A stretch of 23,993 nucleotides of DNA from Geosiphon pyriformis uo1 (taxonomy: Eukaryota > Fungi > Glomeromycota). Under the pieces are notes generated by a model. That model was not told where the DNA came from. It did not search any database and saw only the letters and a list, made by a program, of their open reading frames with translations. A program made the position numbers and the translations under genes. The stretch lies in contig JAAOMT010000642.1 of NCBI GenBank assembly GCA_016748015.1, positions 14,128 to 38,120 of the forward strand, written 5' to 3'. Within the stretch, counting starts at the first letter, position 1. Each line of letters starts with the position of its first letter. This document shows positions 1 to 10,849 of the stretch, one piece after another.

Positions 1-756
1 AAAGCCTGTAAATGTATATTTATTCACAGATTTTGTTAAATAATTTTTCTTTTCAAAATCTTTGAATTTTTCCCAAAATTGAGCTGAGCAACGTTCCCAA
101 TAAATATAAAATATTTTAGAGACAACTCCGTCTTCTACATATGGATATGGAATAGCATCCCATCTTGCGTGTGACGGCTCAACTGTAATAAAATTAAAAT
201 CTTGTTCCACAGTACCGAAAGAAATTGTCTTTTCAGAAAACATTACTGCTTTAGTGATGTTTCAAAAGTTTAGAGCCATGGAATTTCATTGAATATAGCT
301 TTTTATTTTTAGATTTCAAAAAAGAACTCCACCCTCCCCAAATATAAGAATAAATTTTTGCTGACCCCAAACTCGGTAATCACCAGTACCTCTTAGATAG
401 GAGTTTTTATAGCTTGGGAAGATTTGTTGACAAGACGCTCTCCATGAAAAAGTTGCACTCGATGACAATTGAGCCAAAACTTTTGCATCTTCAACAATTT
501 CTTTTACAAAGGTTATATCTTTATCGTCTCCAATTCCAACCACTTTATTATCAAGACCTCTGGCTGAAATAGAAAATCGCTGATTTGAGGTTTGAGTGTT
601 TCTGAGAGAAACATTTTCTTTTAGTGAATTTAAATGAATTTCATTGTGAGTTCTTATTCGTTCACTCTCAGCTATAAAATTAAATTCATTCGTAGATTGG
701 AAATGAAAAAGAGAAATTAGAGTAAAGGACAAAAAGATTGAAATTTTATGAATCAT
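1..756 (-). CDS. Secreted class-3 lipase-fold protein, paralog A (5' part only; gene runs off the left edge)
   Basis: ATG at 756 followed by a hydrophobic signal peptide (MIHKISIFLSFTLISLFHFQS). Phase-1 intron, donor probably at 389 (alternative donors nearby), acceptor at 249 or 246. Exon 2 is open to the window edge (...DAIPYPYVEDGVVSKIFYIYW...NKYTFTGF) and aligns with MVQFPDVTGAWVGKNYYIKW...FDFTGFG of the neighbouring gene. Confidence 0.72.
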
Positions 757-1180
757 ATTTGGCCATTTATATATTTTGCAATAAAAGAATTATGATTTTT
801 TTTAAAAAATAAATAAATAACAAAGTTCAAAGTAAAAAGCTAGATTTTGAAACAATATTAATCGGTTTTTGTGTGTGTTTCTTAATTAATGGTTGAACCA
901 AACTTTTTCCTCATATGATTGTACATTTACTTATATTCTTTGATGATCACGGAAAAAATAATTTGAAAATTGAAAAACTAAGTATAAAATGGGACAAAAC
1001 TTTTTGCAATTCAAAATACTAGAATATTTGTTTAATAATCGACAAATAAAAGCCTAGAAATCCAGGGATATTTGAAACAAATAAATGCATAAGCATTAAA
1101 CATATTCTATCTATAACTGGAATAAATTTCAAAACTGAAATGAGATTTCACAAAGGATCTTTTCAAAAAAAAGAAACATT

Positions 1181-2778
1181 ATGTCTAAAGAATTCATAAA
1201 GTACTTTAAATCAATTTTTTTTTTACAAATTATGGCTATAATTTTTTTCATTCTTTGGAATTTTTTTTTGTCACAATCAAAATCAATAAAATTGGAAAAA
1301 GTCCATTGCTTCTTGATACGAAATTATGAAGAATTCGAGTGTATTCATCATCCTCAGCAGATGCTACCAGTCAAAAAGTTTTCAATAAATAATCTCAAAG
1401 TTTCCCAAAAAAAAGATATAAATGATAAATCCGAAATCACGATCATGAAATCAAGAAATTTTACGGGTCCTCGTTATGTGAAAACCTTAGTTAATGATAA
1501 AGAGCTTCTAAAACTATTTGCTGACAAGGCAAATTTGGCCTGGATATCGCACTGCTATCAACAGAGTTATGGTAACCAATGAAACTTTGTCTTATTGGGG
1601 AATTTAAATTTTGCGACTTCTAATCATTTTTTATTAAAATACTGTAGTAGATCGTCAAGCCTCGGTTTCCTTTTTGACACATGATGAATCAAAAATCACG
1701 TTTAGTTTTGCACACCTCAATCACAATTCTTTAGCAGCGTTGGGACGACATGTACAAGATTTATCTACAATGGTTCAATTCCCAGACGTAACTGGTGCCT
1801 GGGTCGGGAAAAACTACTACATTAAGTGGAAAAAATACTTTGAAACTAACTTTTTCAATGGACTTCAAGTGTATTTGAAAAGTTCGTCGATACAATACAA
1901 TTTTACAAACTTTGACTTTACTGGATTCGGTCAAAGCGGCCGTAAGTTTATTATCAATCAAAAAAAATTATGAAATTAAAAAATATATTTTAAATTTAAG
2001 GTACTCTTTTTATAAAAAGCATATGTAGTCTTTGCTGCTCTCGAGTTCTTGAAAAAATATCAACCAAAAAAGAGGCCCATTGTTGTTACTTTTGGCCAGC
2101 CAAGAATGGGAAATGAAATTTTCGCTGCTTTTGTTCAAGCCAATCTTGAGGTAATTAATAAATAAATGAGTGTTTACAATAAGTAATTTGAGCATAATAC
2201 AAAATTTTTTTTACTAAATTTCTCGTTTGAAATTTATAAAAAAGATTTATCGTGTAACACTTGCAGATGATTTATTACCAAATATACCAATAAAAGGAGT
2301 AAAAGATTATTTGAAATGGAATGATGAAATTGAGAAACCAGAAAAATCACTGCCTATAGCATATGAACAATATAGACACTTTAAACCAGAATTTTGGATT
2401 GATGCTAAAGCACATGATATATCTGAGGAAAAATTAAACTGTGAATGTGAGCAAAATTTGGACCCACTTGTTTACAAGTGTTTTAACACACATTCATTCA
2501 ACGAAAATCCGGTATGAATTTTTACATTTGCCAATAAAGAGATAAATTTTTCTTACAATACTAACTTTTTTGAAACTTTCTAGGCGTGTAATGTTCGTAT
2601 ACATGAGATTTACTTTTCGAGGGAAATCAAGAGTACTGATAAAGATGAAAATTTTACTTATGGTCCATATTTTGGAAAAGACATGAGGAATTGTGAGAAC
2701 TTTAACAAAGATATGATTAAAAAAATAATCTCACAAAACAAGTTAAGGGGAGGACACATTAATAAACCTAATGTATAA
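1181..2778 (+). CDS. Secreted or membrane-anchored class-3 (fungal) lipase-fold protein, paralog B, ~424 aa, 5 exons, probable pseudoenzyme
   Basis: Exons 1181-1571, 1651(or 1648)-1941, 2020-2150, 2245-2511 and 2584-2778 splice in frame via GT..AG introns. Lipase_3 motifs: FTGFGQSGPYVVFAAL (nucleophile elbow region), VTFGQPRMGNEIFAAFV, IYRVTLADDLLPNIP, YRHFKPEFWI, YKC...ENPACN, YGPYFG. Hydrophobic N-terminal segment. CpGs are retained. Confidence 0.85.
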
Positions 2779-3649
2779 TAGTAAATTCATTATGTCTATA
2801 ATTTTCTACTTTTAAATTATTTTTCCTATATAGAACACTTTTTGAAAATAATTAAATAATTTTCAACAAAATATTATTTTATTTTATTCGTTTATTAATT
2901 TAATAAGCATTTTGCATAAAGTATGGAAAATAATATAACATTATTTTTTTATTTACAATATTTTATATAAAAATAAATAATAATAAGAAATTTTTATAAA
3001 TTTAAAATTTTTTTTATTTAATTTTATTATATACGTAATAGCTTTATTAATAATAATAATAAAAATTCTTTTTAATAAAATAAAAATAAAAATAAAAATT
3101 TTATAATAATAAATAACAAATTAAATAAATTAAACTTTATTTTAAAATAAGAATTAAATATTATTTCTTGTATGATTATGATTTTATCAAACAAAATTGC
3201 AAAGTGCTATTTTTATCTTTATTTATTTTTATCTTACAATTTCAGTAATTATACATTTTGAATTTTTTGATATTTAAATTTTATTATATTAACTACAATT
3301 TTTGGATATGTAAACTTTGTTTTGAATAATAATATCAATTCTTAATTTTTTAGTCTTGGTAATCAAATATTTTTAAATGTAATAATAATCTGTTTCATAT
3401 ACTTAACCATTTTAATTTTGCAATAATAGAAGAGCTTGCCATCAGACATTAACTTGTGAAAAACAAATCACTTATTATTATTATGTCTTGAAATGAAAAG
3501 CTATAAAACATGTTTATTATTATTTAGATAATAATAGGTTTATAAAAATATGTAATAAGCATTAATAGATTATTTCAGATATTTCATAGTTTTGGTATAT
3601 AAAAAAAAAAGAAATAGCGGGGAAGATGTGGTAAACAAAAATAACATTT

Positions 3650-4567
3650 ATACGTCAACCTTTTTCTACAAGAAGGTTGGTAGCGTGATAAATTTCGCTA
3701 ATGGTAATACCGCCATCACTTTCCACCAGATTGTAAAACTGACATAAAATTTAAAAAAATTAATAGTAAAAAAACAGTTGCAATTTCAAAATGTCATTAA
3801 TTACTGCTATCCACAATTTTTTATCAAACATCTCTTGAAAATTGTTTTCTTTGTTGTCTTCAAATAAAAACACATGATTTAATACCCTAATTTAATTATA
3901 AAAAAGTTAAAAGTTAAAATGCATATAAATATAAATATAAAAAATACTCTATATATGATAATTAAACCGATTTGTGAAGAGATTACTAACCTCCATGGCA
4001 GCAATTTCACCATTATTTGGTCCTCCAAGATTAAACTCATCTTTGCCATCAAATAAAGATGTGATCTTGATAATTGTTTGAAATGCAAATAGAATATTAT
4101 TAAACCCAAAATTTAATAGATATGAATAAGAATAATTAATTACAATGAATTTAAGTTTTGCTTTGTCCATAATCACCATTTTTTAATAAATTTACTTTAT
4201 TGTTCAAGTTTCTTTTTTTTCTTCTTGAGCATGAAGAGCCCTCCAAAAGTTTTCTGTTGATCTTGAACCGAGAAATTTGTTGAGATTACCAAGCAACTTT
4301 TACACCTGGCATTTTAAATCTGTATCCTCAGCCGTGATGGAATCCAGAGCTTGATGCAAAACTTCTTCAGCTTTTGCTCCAGCTAAATATGTAAAATTTC
4401 TTTGAGATTCTCCCAAAAGAATATCGATATATTTCTATAAAACACAGAGTAAAATATAGTACTATAAATAAAAAAAATTGCAAACAAAATGATTTATAAG
4501 ATAATTTCTTAATATCTGAAGCTCTGGGTGACGCGACTATACTCTTTGGATAATATACCAAATCCAC
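3650..4567 (-). pseudogene. Decayed intron-containing gene of unknown function
   Basis: Exon-like pieces MDLVYYPKSIVASPRASDIKK / KYIDILLGESQRNFTYL...CQV*KLLGNLNKFLGSRSTENFWRALHAQEEKKET*TIK*IY*K / TIIKITSLFDGKDEFNLGGPNNGEIAAME, bounded by TAG/CAG acceptors and GTAATT/GTTAGT donors. In-frame stops are compatible with CAA>TAA and CGA>TGA. The 3' boundary is uncertain. Confidence 0.45.
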
Positions 4568-4909
4568 TATATTGAAACATTAATCATGTATTTTTTGTCA
4601 GCAGAATTTATACTGATAGATAAAAGATCTTCAGAATGGAGTATAAGAAGTTTATGGAGCATAATGTAGTGTAAAATTATTTTCTTATCCATACTATTCA
4701 TGTTATCCTTCGTTTTCCTTGTCGCAATACTTCTTTGCCTATCATTTAATCCATCCAGTATTTTTTATCCTTTTAACATTCTAAATTTACCTTTATTTTG
4801 TGCTAGGTAAGAGGAATGCAGAAGAAAAAGGCGAGAAATGCGGAGACTCGCTTTCTGCATACTTAGCTATATATTTTATTTCATAATTCTTACGAATATT
4901 TCTCTACAG

Positions 4910-5925
4910 ACATAAGAATCTCAAAGAGAAGATTCTTCGTTTGTGGTGCCATTACACAAAAGGATCGCTCCATCTACTACTTTGTGAACTTTAAAGACCA
5001 GAATATACCACTTCTGGAAAAGATTCGACGAAGTGAATTTGTTGCATCATATAGGACTAGAGCCTCTGATAAGACTACATGAGCACTAATGGTCCGGGAA
5101 CAGCTACAAGAAGAAGGTTTCTTTTGAATATAATAAGTTAGCTCTTGCTTAATTATGTGTGGTCACATAGGATGTAATCAAACTGATCCTTATTTTTTCG
5201 ATTTTCTTTTTTCACGATAGTGCAACTTTTGAGCAAATCAACGTTAAAAAGGTGGCATAGGCGTCTTCTGGCAAACACTTGGCAATATACTTCAACGCGA
5301 TGCAATAGAACACCTTGGTCCTTTAGAAAGCCCAAAAATCAGATCCGCAGTCAATTTTCTTAACACTTTCATCGAATCAAATGGACATCTGATATTGCTC
5401 TCATATTCGATGCACTGTATAATGCAACGGAGGAAGCTCGTTGCATCTAGATTAAACGCCATCCGCTACATCGTCGCCATTGGCCCCTTAAGCATCTTGA
5501 AATAAACTCGAAAAAGTTGGCTACGTTACCATTTAATATAAAGGAGCCATTCCAGAATCAAAAATTCACGCTTGATAATTTTACAACTGTTGGAGCAAAA
5601 CAAAGGCTATTAAGTTACATAAGAGCGTTGAAACCTCTTAAAATTGAAGTTAATAATATACTTTTTGATGATAATACAACTGCTGAGGTATGTAAAAACA
5701 ACTTATCTAATTTATTATTTATTATTATTTTTATACTTTGCAAGATTACTAATATTATTTTATAGGAAGTGAGGAATCCATATTACTCGATGGTTCAAAA
5801 CATGTATGTGTATATTTTTTTTTTGTGGGTTTATTGAACAATTAATATTAATTTCTATATTATTTAGTGAATTATTAAAATTGTGAGTGTGTCAGAAATG
5901 CTCATGGAATATCGTCAAAGTTGGT
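4910..5925 (+). pseudogene. P-loop NTPase (AAA-like) pseudogene
   Basis: RRFFVCGAI...YFVNFKDQNIPLLEKIRRSEFVASYRTRASDKTT*AL (eroded Walker A GxxxxGK[ST]), then an intron, ATFEQINV / VFWQTLGNILQRDA, an eroded Walker B region, and IVAIGPLSIL* / PFNIKEPFQNQKFTL. Contains stops, frameshifts and deletions. The exons after ~5600 may belong to a different gene fragment. Confidence 0.68.
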
Positions 5926-6050
5926 AATTGTTAACCAATTTTTTTTAAATATGGAAGGACTATTAGTGATCAGGTATTGAGTTTTTGAATTGCTTGCTTT
6001 AATAGATCTGATGACTTTTTTTCTTACTTTTTTTAAAAAAAAAACAATTA

Positions 6051-6669
6051 AGGAAGAAAGTACAAGTATAGCAACAGCTATTTAAAAATTTATTAAGAAT
6101 ACAATAAAAAATTGGTCATAGAAATAACTGGATTCTAAGATTCATTGAAAAAGATGAGTATAAGATTAAAAAAGCAAATAAGATTAACGCTTTTTAAATT
6201 ACTAAAAGATATGACAATAAAATTAATGAAAAATATAGATTAGAATAAAGAAAAATGTTCTAGAATACAGACAGTTGGCATTAAACTTGATATTAATTAA
6301 AATATTAATTGTCAACATTTAAGATCTGATGATGATAATGATTTATCTAGACACTTTGAAAAATTACATCTGTAAGGTTCAATATAATAATTCGATGAAA
6401 GTCCCAGATAAGGCAGAAATATTTTCTTCTGTTCTAACAATTTTGGCCCTGAATACAAAAGTAAGATTGTTTAAAATATTAGTTATAATAAAACTAAAGT
6501 ATTCTTAAATAACAAGCTGTAATATAAGAGACAATAAAAGTAGTTTAACCAAAAAATTCAATAATCCAATTACTTAAGAAGGCTGGACTCCAAAAACGAT
6601 TTTGAGACAAAAATTAGTGTCAGCTATATATGTGTATGCCAACTTCAAAAAAGTAAAGTAGAGATTTAA
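6051..6669 (+). pseudogene. 3' part of a PD-(D/E)XK / restriction-endonuclease-like gene, heavily GC>AT mutated
   Basis: Remnants ESTSIATAI*K, KIGHRNNWILRFIEKDEYKIKKANK, LLKDMTIKLMKNID*NKEKCSRIQTVGI and MMIMIYLDTLKNYICKVQYNNSMKVPDKAEIFSSVLTILALNTK|gtaag. The last exon is homologous to the open exon at 23796-23951. Family assignment is from recalled motif similarity. Confidence 0.55.
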
Positions 6670-6966
6670 TCGAATTTGGGTCTATGTTATGTATAGATTG
6701 TATGTTGTAATAGATAGTTATTTGATTTTTATTTCACTATAATAATGTTATTTAAGATTTGTTCAAGAAATATTATTAAATTATTAAGATTAATTTTAAT
6801 TACTAAAATAAAATATATTGAATTTGTGTAATATTTTAAATTATTCAATTATTCAATATTTAATATAAGTAATTTCCCAATAATTTTTAATTATAAATAT
6901 AGATAAAGAAAATATTTGATTTGTTAAGACTAATTATTATTGCTTTATTTTAATTTTCAGTTTTGT
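6478..6966 (+). repeat. Repeat A, copy 1 (last intron, last exon and ~300 bp of 3' flank)
   Basis: Aligns by eye with the reverse complement of 23299-23993. Shared strings include CTCCAAAAACGATT, TGTGTATGCCAACT, TTTGTTCAAGAAAT and AATATATTGAATTTGTGTAATA. Confidence 0.9.
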
Positions 6967-7389
6967 AAAAAAAAAAATTTTGTGTTTAAAAATTCTAAAT
7001 GAGCCAAATTAATTATTAAAAACATATTTATTAAATTATTTTTATTGCTTAAATACATATGCTCTATGTTAAATACAACTTATGTTTTTTCTATGCATAA
7101 TTAGTTATTTGAGTCAATTAAAATTATACTACTTTATATTTAACTATCTAATATTATAAAAATTTCTGGTTAATAAAACAGTTATATTTAATACCAACAT
7201 TAATAATTTCTAAGATTTATACTTAAAAATTGTTTTAATTTAAAATTACATTTTGATATGTTCAAAAAAATTTTATCTAAATACTTTTCAAATTTAATTA
7301 ATACAGTATATTTATTAGCAATAAAACTAGTTAATTTATATTTGACTTAGTTATTATAAAAAACTTTTAAATATTTTAACTAAATTTAC
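6965..7389 (-). repeat. Repeat B, copy 1 (inverted relative to 10401-10808)
   Basis: Its reverse complement matches 10401-10808, e.g. GTAAATTTAGTTAAAATATTTAAAAGTTTT, GTTAAATATAAAGTAGTATAATTTTAATTGAC and CATAGAAAAAACATAAGTTGTATTTAA. Confidence 0.88.
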
Positions 7390-8587
7390 AAAGTTACAAA
7401 TTTTAGCTAAGGTTTTAAATTAATTTTAAGAACTAATTTTTTTAGCCAAAGTAAAGTACATATTTAATAACATATCTAATTTTTTTATTAAATTAAAATG
7501 AAATAACAGGTTTAAAGTTTTTTCTAATAAAAATTCTTAATAAGTGTTTGCAATTTTATTAAATTTTATAAAATATTAGTATATACAAACAATTTTTAAA
7601 ATTTTTTTTTGTTATTATATTTTTTACACTATTCTTGAATATTAGTTATTAACAATATAAAAAATGATAAAAGAATATTAATTTCAATTGTACAAAACTT
7701 TAAATTAGTAATTTTATTGATACTTAACTAATACAGCCATTTGATTCAGTTTATTTCATTAACATTAGTTTCTTATAGAGCTTTAAAATTTTAGATTTTA
7801 GCAATTAGCAGAATGTTAATCAATAATAATTTTCAATCACTATTATTTCTTTTTAAATAATCGGGTTTTTTTTGTTAGTTTTAATTGGTTAACATGATTT
7901 TTAACATAAATAGCAGACTGTTCAATAATACATGCAATTTTTGTGGTGGATATATCTATATTTAATGTAAATTATCTGTTTTTACCAAGATTTTTTTGGT
8001 AGCACATGTATATATACATTTCGAAATTTAAGTTACTCTTTAATTAAATAATAAATTAAACAAAGACAAATGTCATTGTTATTAGAAATAAGCATTCAGA
8101 TGTAATTTTAAGTTCGTTAGAATTATTGCAATATTTAAAGTTTTTTACAATTTTCTAAAAATTGTATTATTTTTGTGTGTGAAAAATTCATGTACCAGAT
8201 ATCAATAAAAAACTTTAAAAATATTTTGGCTTTTGCAAGATTGAAAACATAAAATCTTTTACAATAACAATTTTCAGTATAAATAATATGGCTAAATGTT
8301 TTAATATCTGTACTTTGTCTCTAAATTTTATTCATAGATGAGGTTAAAAAACCTTTTTTTTGATTTTGAAAATTATTATTTTATTAAAAGTTATAAGCTC
8401 TCCAAGAGTTTATATTTAGTATTTACATCTCTGCTAGTTTATTTATAAATTTTTTTGCTACTTTTAGAATTTATCAAAATTTTGAGTTATTCTAAAAGAA
8501 AAATGTTGAAACAAATTAATGACAAAAGTTCTTTGTTTAAAAAACAAAAAAAAAGCAAGATGTCAGTAAATATTTTAAATTATTTCA

Positions 8588-8616
8588 AAATAGAAATAGA
8601 AATAGAAATAGAAATA
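8588..8616 (+). repeat. (AAATAG)4 microsatellite
   Basis: Read directly from the sequence. Confidence 0.9.
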
Positions 8617-8699
8617 AATACACAAATTTTTATTAGATCATTTATATAAAATAGTTTTCATAAACTAAATGGAAGACATATTTTATAAAACAAACAAAT

Positions 8700-9798
8700 A
8701 TAGTTGAATTTTGGAATAAAATTTAAATTTATCATGAAGCAACCATCAATTAAAAATTTTACACTCATGGATTTTATCAAGCCTATCCCAAATTTGCTGT
8801 GGTTGAACACAATAATACAAATTCCGAAAATCGAGTCATCCTGCTTAATAGATCAAAGATTTTTTGATTCGAGACTAAAACTCTTGGCTCAAGTGGTTTG
8901 GTACCTGGCCATAGAAAAATTTTTGACAACCTGAACGATCAAATCTTTTTGATATAGAATAGACTTTGTATCGAATAAAGGGAAAGATTTGAAGCAAACT
9001 ATTTAAATGCAGAGGTTAATATAATCTTTTAAAGTAAACTTGCCATAAGTTAATATTAAAATATATATTTTTCTTTATGTGCCAAGGTTCAAAGCAGAGT
9101 TTCAGCGCCAATTTTAACAGAGTCAATTTCGAATTTTTTAATTTAGAGATTTTATATCGAGATACAGTAAGAAAAAATAAATCGGAATTTATCAAATTAT
9201 TTCATTTATGGTCTATTTTTCGTAATTGCTATTCTAGGATATCAAAGATACCATCCCATACATATCTTATCAAATTATTCCGAGAGAAAGAATAACTTAC
9301 TGGGTTTTTGAGAATTCTCAAATGTCAAGATAATAAATTATCAGCCATTCAGAGCTTATGATTAATTAGATTTCATTGATGTTTCTTTGCTGACTTTCAG
9401 GATACCTAATATTGTTAGACTAAGTTAAAAAAGAAATCTCAACTAGAGGTATTTTTCAAATCGAATCTTTTTAAAACCTTTGAATTCTTATTAAAATCAC
9501 AATATCAAAAATCCAATTTCAGAATTCTTGAATTCACCAAAAAAAACTTGATGGTAAACAATAATTTTCATTCACAAGGATCTGAATCTGAATTTTCTAG
9601 TTGAGTTAGCTGCTTTATAATTGAAAATCTGGCTTCGATATTTAAAATAGAATTATATGACACTGTGCAACACAAGAACTTGAGTTTCGTAAGATAATAT
9701 TTAGTATTTGGGGGTAAAGATTCGTAAATAAGAGCATTTTCACCATCAGTAAACAAAATTATGAACAAAAGTTTTTGGAAAGCATATTTTTATACCAT
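8700..9798 (-). pseudogene. Decayed gene, possibly once encoding a secreted protein
   Basis: ATG at 9798: MV*KYAFQKLLFIILFTDGENALIYESLPP... A GTAAGT donor lies near 9300. A downstream coding-like frame (FIRYKVYSISKRFDRSGCQKFFYGQVPNHLSQEF*SRIKKSLIY*AG*LDFRNLYYC) has scattered stops. Local GC and CpG content is higher than in the flanks. Confidence 0.35.
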
Positions 9799-10009
9799 TA
9801 TGAATTGTAAAACATTATATTAAAAAAGTTCAAATAATCTACTACATATGAATAAAATTTTTTTTAAATTAGTAGTAGTGAATTTCGTTGAAAAACTTTA
9901 TAAAAACTTGGGTTGAAATTATCCTTTTGAATATGTGAAGTTGCTCAACAAATTTTGTGAAATAAAATAACTTTTAATCTGAAATTTTACACAATTGAAT
10001 TTTGATAAG

Positions 10010-10273
10010 ATGAGAGACATTCCTTTCTGGACTCTGATAATATTAGCAGCAGCCTATTTTTCTCAAATAGCAATTTCAGGACCAATACCGAGAGGACTTG
10101 ATGTTGACCATCATATAAAAAAGTATTTAGGTGAGGGTCATATCCCTCTTAAGACTTTGACCTATTATTCAAGCTAATTAAAAATCTAAATAACTAAGTT
10201 GTAAATTTAAGAGCTTTACTTTTAATATATTTTAGTATCTTGTGTGAACAATTACCATTTTATTAGAAGATGA
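10010..10273 (+). CDS. Candidate small secreted protein (~52 aa if spliced 10131-10235), or the 5' remnant of a longer gene
   Basis: MRDIPFWTLIILAAAYFSQIAIS-GPIPRGLDVDHHIKKYL reads as a signal peptide with an A-x-S cleavage site. Donor G|GTGAGG at 10131. Acceptor TTTAG at 10235 gives VSCVNNYHFIRR*. The acceptor choice is uncertain. Confidence 0.5.
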
Positions 10274-10400
10274 AGATTTTTATTGTCATTTATAATTTAT
10301 AATTTATAACTTATAATTTTTAATCGGATTTTTGAATAAAATCGTGTATTTCATGAGATTATACGATAATTCATATGCCGCAGAACATCTAATTAGATTG

Positions 10401-10808
10401 GTAAATTTAGTTAAAATATTTAAAAGTTTTTATAATAATTAAGTCAAATATAAAATAACTAGTCTTATTGTTAATAAATATACTGTATTAATTAAATTAA
10501 GATAGAAATTTTTTGAATATAATATCAAAATGTAATGTTAAATTAAAACAATTATTAAGTATAAATTTTAAAAATTTATTAAAGTTAGTATTAAATATAA
10601 CTGTTTTATTAAGCAAATATTTTTATAATATTAGATGGTTAAATATAAAGTAGTATAATTTTAATTGACTTAAGTAACTAATTATACATAGAAAAAACAT
10701 AAGTTGTATTTAAGAAATAAAAAAAAATTTAATAAATATGTTTTTTAATAATTAATTTGGTTTATTTAGATTCTTTAAACACAAACACTAGAAACTTTTT
10801 TCTTCTGC
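10401..10808 (+). repeat. Repeat B, copy 2
   Basis: Inverted match to 6965-7389. Confidence 0.88.
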
Positions 10809-10849
10809 TTATTTCAAATACCTTAAAGAGTTATTTCTAAAAAAAAAGT

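Noticed and set aside
4818-4830. GCAGAAGAAAAAG matching the outer end of repeat B
   Set aside because: A short purine-rich match with no extension; probably chance.
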